Virus record (IMG/VR): IMGVR_UViG_3300050162_000123
Location: 1 to 37,210 of that record
Direction: 5' to 3' (one strand)
DNA length: 37,210 bases
Source of the DNA: a virus
Lineage: Duplodnaviria; Caudoviricetes
Both the position numbers and the translations under genes were made by a program. Of this stretch, positions 1 through 7,909 are shown piece after piece. The first letter of the stretch is position 1. Each line of letters starts with the position of its first letter. The notes beneath the pieces were generated by a model. It saw nothing but the letters and a program-made list of their open reading frames with translations, searched no databases and had not been told where the DNA came from.

Positions 1-94
1 TGGAGTCCACAAGTTCTTCAACCCGCTCTTGGTCTCCATCCGCCTGAGCCTGGGCTAGCAGATCCCTGAATTCCTGGCTTCGATAGTCTTCCAT
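1..94 (-). CDS. First gene of leftward early operon, N-terminal part (MEDYRSQEFRDLLAQAQADGDQERVEELVDS...), runs off the window edge
   Basis: ATG at 94 preceded by CAGGAGA RBS; open to position 1. Confidence 0.7.
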   Translation of the reverse strand, partial: MEDYRSQEFRDLLAQAQADGDQERVEELVDS

Positions 95-187
95 CGCGTG
101 TCTCCTGGGTGGGTCCTTCATCCTGCTACCCCATCCCGATCCCTCAACGCTGCTCAGCAGGTCTCTTGGGTGGGTGGTGCAAGGACA

Positions 188-216
188 ATAATGTAGTGTC
201 GCACACTACACGTCAA
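188..216 (-). promoter_or_regulatory. pL-like early promoter
   Basis: TTGACG (216-211), 17 nt, CATTAT (193-188) on the minus strand; operator lies in the spacer. Confidence 0.7.
192..210. promoter_or_regulatory. Repressor operator (OL-like), TGTAGTGT-cgc-ACACTACA
   Basis: Perfect 8-bp inverted repeat inside the leftward promoter; near-identical copy at 1700-1718. Confidence 0.85.
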
Positions 217-243
217 GGGCGAAACTCTAGAAAGTTTTCGGAC

Positions 244-268
244 AAAGGGAAACCCCGCCGAAGCGGGG
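244..268 (-). terminator. Intrinsic terminator of the immunity operon
   Basis: Minus strand CCCCGC-TTCG-GCGGGG followed by TTTCCCTTT, 30 nt after the stop of 298..810. Confidence 0.8.
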
Positions 269-297
269 ATAGGCGGTTCCTTTGTGTCTCGGTTGGG

Positions 298-810
298 TTA
301 GCGCATGGACTCCTTGACGGAAGCCCCATCCTTCATCCAGATAGCCCCTCTGTTGAGGCGCATGGCCCCAAACCCATTCTTGGCACGGTAGGAAAGGTCA
401 ACCCGCCAGCACTCCACAGGCTTCCCCTTTACCTGGATCGCGTCTTTGACTGGCTCACTGAGGTCCGGGCCCTCCAAGCTGGAGGGGTCATGGAGTGATC
501 GCTTGAGTTGTTCCTGGAGCGCATAGGTCATCAAAGAGATGTCTGGCTTGGGGCCGAACTTGGGGTCCACTGGTTCAGCTGCTGGGCGAGTGGGGGGCTC
601 AGCCTTGCTGCCAGAGACCACCGCGCCGATGAATCCCGCCACAATGCAGAAGCCGAAAAATACCGCGATAGCCATAACACAGCCATTGGTCCTACGCCCC
701 GCGACCTGCCCAGGTTTGGCTGATCCGAGCTTGGCTCGGCAGTGGGGGCACACACTTGCGAGAACATCCACTTCACTTCGGCACTGGGAACAGATCTTGT
801 TCACGCACAC
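298..810 (-). CDS. Zinc-ribbon membrane protein in the immunity operon (candidate superinfection exclusion / lysogenic conversion)
   Basis: CxxC-x10-CPHC N-terminus, one hydrophobic helix, C-terminal domain with YRAKNGFGA motif; overlaps the immA stop. Confidence 0.75.
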   Translation of the reverse strand: MCVNKICSQCRSEVDVLASVCPHCRAKLGSAKPGQVAGRRTNGCVMAIAVFFGFCIVAGFIGAVVSGSKAEPPTRPAAEPVDPKFGPKPDISLMTYALQEQLKRSLHDPSSLEGPDLSEPVKDAIQVKGKPVECWRVDLSYRAKNGFGAMRLNRGAIWMKDGASVKESMR

Positions 811-1244
811 ACCTCCAGGGCTTTAATTCGGATCTTGGCGATCTTTCCCGCCAGCCTGCGTTGAGGGCAGTCTCGCAGGGGCAGGTCCTCATAGTGTGCG
901 CTCAGTGCCCCAATAAAAACGTCTGGGCAAGCGTTGTGGTGCAGGTGAATCCTAGCCTCGGGGATTAGGGCACACGCGGCCCATCGGTTCGCCTGCCACT
1001 CGTCCCGGCTGTAGGCAAGGTCGCCCTTTGGCCCTGAGTGCTGCACCAGGTGCCCGATCTCGTGGGCGAGTAGCCAATGGGATTCCAGAATCCCCGCCCG
1101 GGATGGGATCATAATCGACGGGGTGCTCCCCGGCACAAAGCATGCTGAACTTGCCCTGGTTAGGATTACCCCAGCGCCAAGGCTTTCGGCATAGACCTCC
1201 AAATCCTCGAAGGAGGGGTAGCGAAGTCCGAGCCAAGGGGTCAC
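801..1244 (-). CDS. immA: ImmA/IrrE family Zn metallopeptidase (anti-repressor protease)
   Basis: LAHEIGH (HExxH) and E-WQANRWAA-LIP motifs; GTGA overlap with the repressor. Confidence 0.9.
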   Translation of the reverse strand: MTPWLGLRYPSFEDLEVYAESLGAGVILTRASSACFVPGSTPSIMIPSRAGILESHWLLAHEIGHLVQHSGPKGDLAYSRDEWQANRWAACALIPEARIHLHHNACPDVFIGALSAHYEDLPLRDCPQRRLAGKIAKIRIKALEVCA

Positions 1245-1645
1245 TTTTTGAGCCGCGCTTTCAGGGACGAGATACGCGCCCTTGATGCGAGGAAGTCTTC
1301 ATACAGCAATTGCGCATCCTCATCGCTGATTTCATCGGCAGTGATCCCGTGAAACATTGCATTTGCAAGGAAGCGCCTAGCCTCGCTCAATCCAGATGCG
1401 TCATTCCCCGCAATCTCCTTGCCTGGGTCATCTACGATCTCAGATAGCTTAACCCCCAACACTCGTGCGGCTTGCTGTGCTGTCTCCAGCTTGGGGCAAC
1501 CCGTCCGCTTGTCGTATAGCAGACCATGTAGACCACTCGGCTTCAACCCGAGTAAATCAGCCATGGCTTCGGGTGTCAGTCCGTGTTCCTTCCTGTGGTC
1601 CAGGACGAGCTTCTTGAAGTTGTCGCGCTGGGGCCAGTTGCTCAT
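1241..1645 (-). CDS. XRE-family HTH repressor (ImmR/CI-like, no S24 peptidase domain)
   Basis: HTH RKEHGLTPEAMADLLGL...PKLETAQQAARVLGV; divergent from cro. Probable start is ATG 1645, just after a TATGAT -10 box; the 2002 start in the ORF track overlaps cro. Confidence 0.85.
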   Translation of the reverse strand: MSNWPQRDNFKKLVLDHRKEHGLTPEAMADLLGLKPSGLHGLLYDKRTGCPKLETAQQAARVLGVKLSEIVDDPGKEIAGNDASGLSEARRFLANAMFHGITADEISDEDAQLLYEDFLASRARISSLKARLKK

Positions 1646-1692
1646 GGCCCAAGGATCATACGGATGGCGCGACATCGCTATGTTGTTCTGGG

Positions 1693-1720
1693 TTGACAAT
1701 GTCGTGTAGCACACTACACT
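1693..1720 (+). promoter_or_regulatory. pR-like promoter with overlapping operator TGTCGTGT-agc-ACACTACA (1700-1718)
   Basis: TTGACA-16-TACACT; operator matches 192-210; cro ATG starts 7 nt after the -10 (leaderless). Confidence 0.85.
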
Positions 1721-1726
1721 TGAGCC

Positions 1727-1936
1727 ATGACTAGGCATACCTACCCCTTTGAGGGATCCATCGCAAGCCTCGCCAAGCGGGTTAAGACTGGACGCGTTCA
1801 TCTTTCCCGCATCCTCTCGGGTGACGATGGGGTTGGCCAAGACCTCGCGCTTCGGATAGCCCAAGAGACTGGGCTCCCGGTTGAGTGGGTTCTGACCCGG
1901 CGTCATCGCCCAACCTCCCCGGACATTGCAGCATGA
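1727..1936 (+). CDS. Cro-like HTH regulator
   Basis: 69 aa HTH (SIASLAKRVKTGRVHLSRILSG...LALRIAQETG); position opposite the repressor. Confidence 0.85.
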   Translation: MTRHTYPFEGSIASLAKRVKTGRVHLSRILSGDDGVGQDLALRIAQETGLPVEWVLTRRHRPTSPDIAA

Positions 1937-2047
1937 GGCGCGAACTCCACAATCTGGGCCGTCCCACTGGCTGGGCGTTTGGCCGGGTTCCTCGCAATCC
2001 ATTCACGGATCTGCACGGGCCCATAAACGGCCATCTGCTCACGGGTC

Positions 2048-2635
2048 ATGAAGACCACAAGCGTCCCTGAGCCCATCGGCCTCGGTTTGTCAGATTCCAA
2101 CCCATCTACATTCTCGGGAACTCTCATGACTGAAAATATCGGGCACAAACCAGCGCAACTCCACCCGTTATGCGTTGCGGTGAAACGGAGTTGGGAAAAA
2201 CTCATCATCACCCACGACATCAAGCAGGACTACCTTGCGCAGTACTGCGGGGTGGATAAGAGCCGCGTGTCCAGGTGGAAGTCGCCCGAGCATGAGGATT
2301 TCCCCCCCACGGCACAGATGGCCAAATTCATTGAGGGCATCCAGTCTTGGCCTGGCGTTGAGCCTTGGGAGCCCCTGGACGCATTCAACACCTACTTCGG
2401 GTGCCACGCTCAGGACCGTAGGCCAATGAATGAGTCTGTGACCGTCCTGGCGGGGCTACTAGCCGGCCAAAGTGGGCGGGTTCTCCAGGCAATACTCCAG
2501 GCTCTTTCACCAGATGGGCCCGGCGGCGTGTCCGTGACCCAATCGGAGGCCCTGGAAATGGCTCCGGCCATCTCCAACCTTCGCCGGATCATCTGCTGCC
2601 TGGATGACCAATTGAGCATGGCGAAGGCGTCATGA
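2048..2635 (+). CDS. CII-like phage regulatory protein
   Basis: HTH (KQDYLAQYCGVDKSRVSRWKS), C-terminal ALSPDG..VTQSEA motif, position after cro; start may be the downstream Met. Confidence 0.65.
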   Translation: MKTTSVPEPIGLGLSDSNPSTFSGTLMTENIGHKPAQLHPLCVAVKRSWEKLIITHDIKQDYLAQYCGVDKSRVSRWKSPEHEDFPPTAQMAKFIEGIQSWPGVEPWEPLDAFNTYFGCHAQDRRPMNESVTVLAGLLAGQSGRVLQAILQALSPDGPGGVSVTQSEALEMAPAISNLRRIICCLDDQLSMAKAS

Positions 2636-2799
2636 ACACCTTCACCCTCCTCCACCTCTTCAACGCCTTTGAGGCTGGCGTGGATGCGTGCCGCCGTGGT
2701 GATGATGCCGCCATCCAGCGGTGCATCGACCGTCTGAACAAGATCGCCAACGAAAAAGCCACGGTGGCTGCCGTGGCTGAACTTCAACCGTCTGCTTAG
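2632..2799 (+). CDS. Hypothetical protein, 55 aa (MNTFTLLHLFNAFEAG...)
   Basis: ATGA overlap with the upstream gene; fills the gap. Confidence 0.6.
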   Translation: MNTFTLLHLFNAFEAGVDACRRGDDAAIQRCIDRLNKIANEKATVAAVAELQPSA

Positions 2800-2811
2800 G
2801 AGACGATTTAC

Positions 2812-3717
2812 ATGAATTCTACGACAAATGGCCTAAAGCGCCACCCCCTCTCTGCGCTCTTCTCTCGCCTAGACCTTGCTGGTGAAGACCTCGCGGCCTT
2901 GGTCGAGGACATCAAAGACCAAGGGCTGCTCTCGCCCATTACCACCCATGAAGGCATGGTGTTGGACGGGTGGAACCGCTACACCGCTTGTGGCCTGGCT
3001 GGGGTTGAGCCTGTATTGCTCCCCCTCCATCCCGGTGCGGACCCCTGGGAGTTCGTCAAGGGCTCCAACATGCTCCGGCGGCACATGAGCCCTGCCGAGC
3101 GGGTGGCGGTGATGCTGCTGAAGCTGCGCATGGACGGGGCCGATGTGAGCACGGCCGACTCAGGGTCAAAATTGACCCCCCCCAGCCTCAACCGAATCCA
3201 AGACGATTTGGAGGTCGGAAGAGGCACGGCCGTAAAAGCGTCACAGATTGCCAAAGCCAACGACCCCGCCCTCGTCGACGCCCTTGCCGATAAAAAGGTC
3301 TCCCTGGACCGTGCGGCCGAACTCGCCAAGATGCCCGAGGAGGAACGTCACGCCGCGTTGGGGGCCCCGAAGCTGGAGCCCGCCACCAAAGCCAAGCCCG
3401 CCGATGTGGAGGCGCTGGAAGCCAGGGTGAAGGAGTTGGAGGCCGAACGCGAAGACCTCCGGGACCGGCTTGATGAAATGGCGTCCGATATGAAGGCCCT
3501 CCAGGAAGAGGCAGAGGCGGCCCGCCGTGCCCTGGATGCCGAGGACCTCCTGGATCAGTTCAACAAGGAGATCAAGCGAGCTCAGTCTATGTCCCAGGTC
3601 ACACAGTCCAGGAACAACGGGCTGATGAACGAGAACCGCGACCTGATGGGGCGCTTGAAGTCTGCCCTCCGAAAGATTGAACGGCTGGAGAAGGCGGTGG
3701 CAGGGGTGGCTGCATGA
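2812..3717 (+). CDS. ParB/Spo0J N-terminal domain protein with C-terminal coiled coil
   Basis: HPLS..F...L..LVEDIKDQGLLSPI...VLDGWNRY.AC motif; AGGAG RBS. Confidence 0.8.
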   Translation: MNSTTNGLKRHPLSALFSRLDLAGEDLAALVEDIKDQGLLSPITTHEGMVLDGWNRYTACGLAGVEPVLLPLHPGADPWEFVKGSNMLRRHMSPAERVAVMLLKLRMDGADVSTADSGSKLTPPSLNRIQDDLEVGRGTAVKASQIAKANDPALVDALADKKVSLDRAAELAKMPEEERHAALGAPKLEPATKAKPADVEALEARVKELEAEREDLRDRLDEMASDMKALQEEAEAARRALDAEDLLDQFNKEIKRAQSMSQVTQSRNNGLMNENRDLMGRLKSALRKIERLEKAVAGVAA

Positions 3718-5213
3718 GCCTCTTCGCTGGAGAATTCCCCGAACTGCACGACTTCCAAAAAGAAGCGCACGACGCCATCCGTCAGGCTGCGCGGGAGAAG
3801 CACAGGCGGATCCTCATCGCCGCCCCCACCGGGAGTGGGAAGACCGTCTTGGCCCTAAATGTCATCAAGGAGACGCTAGACAAGGGCAATCGGGCTATGT
3901 TCGTTTGTGACCGGAAGACGCTCATTTCCCAAACTTCAGACGTTGCGAGGTCTGTTGGGCTCGGGCATCACGGCATCATCCAGGCCCAAAACCCCATGTT
4001 GGACCTGTCGAGGAAATTCCAGATCGGAAGCTGCCAAACCCTGATGCGCCGTGGCTGGCCGGAAACTGATGTGCTGGTGATCGATGAGGCGCACACCCTT
4101 TACAAGACATGGGTGGACTATGTGAACTCTGGCGAGTGTAAGGCGTTCGTCATTGGGCTCACCGCCACGCCATTCAGCGCTGGCCTGGGCAAAACCTTTA
4201 CCAAGCTCGTCAACGCTGCAACCATGGCGGAACTCACCCAAAAAGAGATCCTGGTCCCCATGCGGATCTTCTCTTGCCGCAAGCCTGATATGGCTGGGGC
4301 GGAGATCTCCAATACAGGCGAGTGGACGGGAAACGCCGCATCCGCTGCGGAGATGGTCATCATCGGCGATGTGCTGACGGAGTGGCAGAAACACGCGCAC
4401 GACCGCAAGACCATCTGCTTCGGCCCGACCATCGACTACTGCAACGAATTGGCGAAGCGGTTCAACGATGCCGGTATCCCTGCCGCCGTGTTCTGCGCCG
4501 ACACCCCCGACGATGAGCGGGGCCGGATTGTGCAGGATTTCGCGGATGGCTTTGTTCGGGTGTTGGTTTCTGTTGAGGCCCTAGCCAAGGGGTTTGATCA
4601 GAAGGATGTGGGCTGCGTCTGCGACTGCCGCCCTCTCCGCAAGAGCCTTTCCACCGCAATCCAGATGTGGGGCCGTGGGCTCCGTGCGTCCAAGGAGACA
4701 GGTAAGAAGGATTGCATCTTGCTTGATTTCAGCGGCAACATCATCCGCTTTTGGGACGACTTCGAGCGCGTCTTCCATGAGGGCGTGGACAAGCTTGATG
4801 ACGGCGAGAAGCTGGACAAGCAGGTCCGCGAAGACAAGGACGAGGAGCCCCGGTGCTGCCCCAAGTGCGGCTATTCCCCCTTCGGGCGGAAGTGTGTCCA
4901 GTGCGGGCATGAGGTGGAACGGAAAGCCCTGGTTGAGGAAATCCCGGGCGAGATGCAGGAGATCCGCATCGGCAAGAAGATCGTGGCCACCGACAAGGCC
5001 GAGCTCTGGGCCCAGCTCTGCACCTATGCCAGGGAGCATAGCGCCCCCGAGAAACAGCAGGGCAGGGCGTTCCACCTTTACCAGGAGTTCACCGGAACGC
5101 GCCCCCCGCGTGAGTGGAGCGTCAATGATGCGCCGATGGTGGAGCCCACGGCGGGAACCCTCAGCAAGATCCGCAGCCTGAACATCCGCTTCATCAAAGG
5201 GAGGGCGTCATGA
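3714..5213 (+). CDS. SF2 DEAD/DEAH helicase with C-terminal zinc finger
   Basis: APTGSGKT, DEAH, TAT, KGFD, QMWGRGLR motifs; CPKC/CVQC. Confidence 0.95.
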   Translation: MSLFAGEFPELHDFQKEAHDAIRQAAREKHRRILIAAPTGSGKTVLALNVIKETLDKGNRAMFVCDRKTLISQTSDVARSVGLGHHGIIQAQNPMLDLSRKFQIGSCQTLMRRGWPETDVLVIDEAHTLYKTWVDYVNSGECKAFVIGLTATPFSAGLGKTFTKLVNAATMAELTQKEILVPMRIFSCRKPDMAGAEISNTGEWTGNAASAAEMVIIGDVLTEWQKHAHDRKTICFGPTIDYCNELAKRFNDAGIPAAVFCADTPDDERGRIVQDFADGFVRVLVSVEALAKGFDQKDVGCVCDCRPLRKSLSTAIQMWGRGLRASKETGKKDCILLDFSGNIIRFWDDFERVFHEGVDKLDDGEKLDKQVREDKDEEPRCCPKCGYSPFGRKCVQCGHEVERKALVEEIPGEMQEIRIGKKIVATDKAELWAQLCTYAREHSAPEKQQGRAFHLYQEFTGTRPPREWSVNDAPMVEPTAGTLSKIRSLNIRFIKGRAS

Positions 5214-6118
5214 GGCAGACCGCGAACAACGCCTTCGGATCCTGGCCTGGCATCCTCACCTCGCTCGGGGTCGACGCCAAGTTCCTGCGGGATGCACATG
5301 GCCCCTGCCCGAAGTGTGGCGGGACCGATCGGTACCGCTTCGACGACAAGGGCACCGGGTCCTTCTTCTGCTCCCGCTGCGGGGCGGGTGACGGGTTCAA
5401 GTTGCTCGAGCTCGTCTTTGGGTGGCCCTTCGCCAAGGCCGCCGACGAGGTGGACAAGATCATCGGCGCTGGCGTTCCCAAGGTGGACCCCAAGCCCGAG
5501 CGAACCGAGGCTGACAAGCGGGAATACATGCGGCTGCTCTGGAAAGGATCGCGTCCCGTGGTGCAAGGTGATCCGGTGTGGCTTTACCTGGAGAGGCGAT
5601 GCGGGGCCAGCCCTGCGCCCTTCCTTCAGGACATCCGCTTCCATCCAGCCCTGAAACACTCCGTCGATGGCGGCACCCACCCCGCGATGCTGGCGATGAT
5701 GGGGTGGGATGGCACCAGGTTCAACGGTGTCCATCGGACCTACCTGACCCAGGACGGGCAGAAAGCCGCTGTGGACCCCGTGCGCATGACCTACGGCGAC
5801 ATGGGCCCGGTTCGGCTTGGCCCCGCCATGGAGCGCATGGGCATCGCTGAGGGGCTGGAGACGGCCATCTGCGCGTCCCTTCGCTTTGGGGTGCCGGTAT
5901 GGTCCGCCATCTGCGCCGAAGGGCTCAAGGGGTGGGCCCCGCCCCAGGAATGCCGGTCGGTGATGGTGTTCGGGGACAACGATGCCAGCTATACGGGGCA
6001 GGAGGCGGCAATGGTGCTGGCCCGCCGTCTGGCGATGGCTGATGTCCTGGTTGAGGTTCACATCCCACCCATGGTCGGGACGGATTGGGCGGATGCCCAG
6101 ATTGAGATGGTGGCGTGA
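5210..6118 (+). CDS. Primase (P4-alpha-type zinc-binding domain plus TOPRIM)
   Basis: HGPCPKCGGTDRYRFDD...CSRCGAGDG; AEGLETA and DND TOPRIM motifs. Confidence 0.92.
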   Translation: MRQTANNAFGSWPGILTSLGVDAKFLRDAHGPCPKCGGTDRYRFDDKGTGSFFCSRCGAGDGFKLLELVFGWPFAKAADEVDKIIGAGVPKVDPKPERTEADKREYMRLLWKGSRPVVQGDPVWLYLERRCGASPAPFLQDIRFHPALKHSVDGGTHPAMLAMMGWDGTRFNGVHRTYLTQDGQKAAVDPVRMTYGDMGPVRLGPAMERMGIAEGLETAICASLRFGVPVWSAICAEGLKGWAPPQECRSVMVFGDNDASYTGQEAAMVLARRLAMADVLVEVHIPPMVGTDWADAQIEMVA

Positions 6119-6450
6119 TGCGTAGACGCACCTCTCACCAACTGCTCACCAGTAACCCCTCTGTTAACCAGTGCACTTGCTTTAAGCCCAGCCAGGAAGC
6201 AATCAAGCGATCTCAGTTAACCAGTTCGATCCGTTTCACTCTGGCTGGGCTTGTGTCGTTAACAAGGGAGTACATAATGTCCGTGGGTAAAAAGTGCTGT
6301 CAAGTGTGTATTTTTTGCCACTCGCCCAAGTTTATGGAAACAGGAGTTTTGGGAGTGAAATTTCTACCATTGACTAATTTAGTCAGGTATCCAGAACATG
6401 AGCAAAACCCACTCACATGCAGCTATTACCATACCGAATTAGTCAAGATT
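6119..6450. promoter_or_regulatory. AT-rich structured intergenic region (candidate origin and/or ncRNA plus promoters)
   Basis: 12-bp inverted repeat 6184-6195/6241-6252; GTTAACCAGT twice; palindrome 6371-6385; directly after the primase. Confidence 0.55.
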
Positions 6451-6461
6451 GGGAGCATGTC

Positions 6462-6782
6462 ATGAGCCATCTGGAAGACACCCTCGAATCACAGCTTGCC
6501 CTGGCTGGGCTCCCTGCCGCCACCCGCGAGTATCGCGCCATTGACGGGCGCAAGTTCCGCTGGGATTTCGCGTGGCCCGAATATGGGCTATTGGTTGAGG
6601 TGCAAGGTGGCACATGGGGCAAGGGAGCTCATTCCACAGGGGCAGGCATTAGCCGCGACACCGAGAAGCTGAACTTGGCGTCCCTGGATCGGTGGTTTGT
6701 CATGCAGTTCACCCCTGACCAAATACGGGCCGGGAAAGCCCTCCGATGGCTACAGGCGTTTTTTGAACAGGTGGCAGCATGA
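6462..6782 (+). CDS. PD-(D/E)xK endonuclease (DUF559/very-short-patch-like)
   Basis: RKFRWDFAWP...VEVQGG.W..GAH...RDTEKLN motif; GGGAG RBS. Confidence 0.85.
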   Translation: MSHLEDTLESQLALAGLPAATREYRAIDGRKFRWDFAWPEYGLLVEVQGGTWGKGAHSTGAGISRDTEKLNLASLDRWFVMQFTPDQIRAGKALRWLQAFFEQVAA

Positions 6783-6961
6783 CCCAACCCTTCCGCCACT
6801 ACAAAACCCCCATGGAGAAGATCCCCGTATCTGTCCCTGATGAGATGGTCTCCATCATCGGCCAACGTGCTGAGCGTTGCGGGGAGAGCAGATCCGCCTA
6901 CATCCGCCGCCTGATCGAAGCTGACCTGCGCGAGTGCGGAATGCTGGATGGTGCCGCATGA
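6779..6961 (+). CDS. Ribbon-helix-helix (CopG/Arc) DNA-binding protein
   Basis: KIPVSVPDEM...AERCGESRSAYIRRLIE pattern. Confidence 0.85.
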   Translation: MTQPFRHYKTPMEKIPVSVPDEMVSIIGQRAERCGESRSAYIRRLIEADLRECGMLDGAA

Positions 6962-7272
6962 AGCGCATCCGACGAGTTGACCCCGAACACCGCCGCAGGG
7001 TCCGAGCCCTCCCATGCATCGCCTGCGAGATTGGCAACCTGGTCCAGACCTCCCCCACTGAGGGCCACCACATCCGGAGGCGAGAGGACGGACAGCCCTA
7101 CGGTGCCAGCCAGAAGGCCCACGATGACGAGATGATCCCCCTCTGCTACTACCACCACTGGAACGGCGTGGGCTCCATCTACACGCATCTCCAGTTTGAA
7201 GCCGAGTTTGGGAACGAGCGGGAGCTGCTGCGCATGACCTTGGAGCGATTGAAGGGTGAGGCCGCGGCATGA
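6958..7272 (+). CDS. Ref/DUF968-like zinc-binding HNH-type nuclease
   Basis: VRALPCIAC...HH...IPLCYYHH...FEAEFG-ERELL motif. Confidence 0.8.
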   Translation: MKRIRRVDPEHRRRVRALPCIACEIGNLVQTSPTEGHHIRRREDGQPYGASQKAHDDEMIPLCYYHHWNGVGSIYTHLQFEAEFGNERELLRMTLERLKGEAAA

Positions 7273-7766
7273 AGGCCCAGAAGCGCGACAAAGTGAAGCC
7301 CACCCCCTACCGCATGGTGTCTGAGCAGGTCCGAGAGAATGCCATCGCCTTCATCCGGCAGATGCCCATCGACCCCATTCACCCCATCGAGGTTGTGATC
7401 CGCGAAGAGGTTAAGAAGCGGAAGCTCACCATGAACCAAGCGATGTGGGCAGGGCCCCTCGCCGACATCGAGCGGTACGGTTGGTATAAGGGCTGCCAAT
7501 TCCCTGCGGATATCTGGCACGAGCACTTCAAGACCCTCTTCCTCCCGGACGAGAATGCCCCCGACTTCGACCCCGAAGAGGTTCTTGATGGCTACGGAAA
7601 ATGGGGCGTCAATCCCTGGACAGGCGAAAGGGTTCTCCGAGGAAGCACAACCCAGCTGACCGACAAGGGAATGATCCGCTACCTCATACAGATGGAGGCC
7701 GAGGCGTCCCAGGAACACGGTGTGACCTTTACCGAGCGGAACGAATACGACAGGAGGTGCGCGTGA
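7269..7766 (+). CDS. ninB: NinB/Orf family recombination protein
   Basis: R.NAI.FI...EVVIRE...R...NQAMW...WHEHFK...GSTTQL motif; nin-region context. Confidence 0.85.
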   Translation: MKAQKRDKVKPTPYRMVSEQVRENAIAFIRQMPIDPIHPIEVVIREEVKKRKLTMNQAMWAGPLADIERYGWYKGCQFPADIWHEHFKTLFLPDENAPDFDPEEVLDGYGKWGVNPWTGERVLRGSTTQLTDKGMIRYLIQMEAEASQEHGVTFTERNEYDRRCA

Positions 7767-7909
7767 ACACCATCAACCGACTCCGAGCAATGACCCTCGA
7801 TCAGCTGGAGCGATGGCGCAGGGCCCGGCTGGGAGCATTCACGCTTCCGGAGCGCCAGGCGCTGGATCAGATCTACCGGGAACGGCAGCAGGAAGGGAAG
7901 GCGGCATGA
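7763..7909 (+). CDS. Hypothetical protein, 48 aa
   Basis: GGAGG RBS, GTGA and ATGA overlaps on both sides. Confidence 0.65.
   Translation: MNTINRLRAMTLDQLERWRRARLGAFTLPERQALDQIYRERQQEGKAA

Noticed and set aside
1646-2002. N-terminal extension of the repressor ORF
   Set aside because: Overlaps cro and the pR/operator region; the HTH begins after Met 1645.
6115-6465. 116-aa ORF bridging primase and endonuclease
   Set aside because: Atypical composition and codon use, dense in inverted repeats and promoter motifs. More likely non-coding, although the neat 4-nt overlaps at both ends mean it is not fully excluded.
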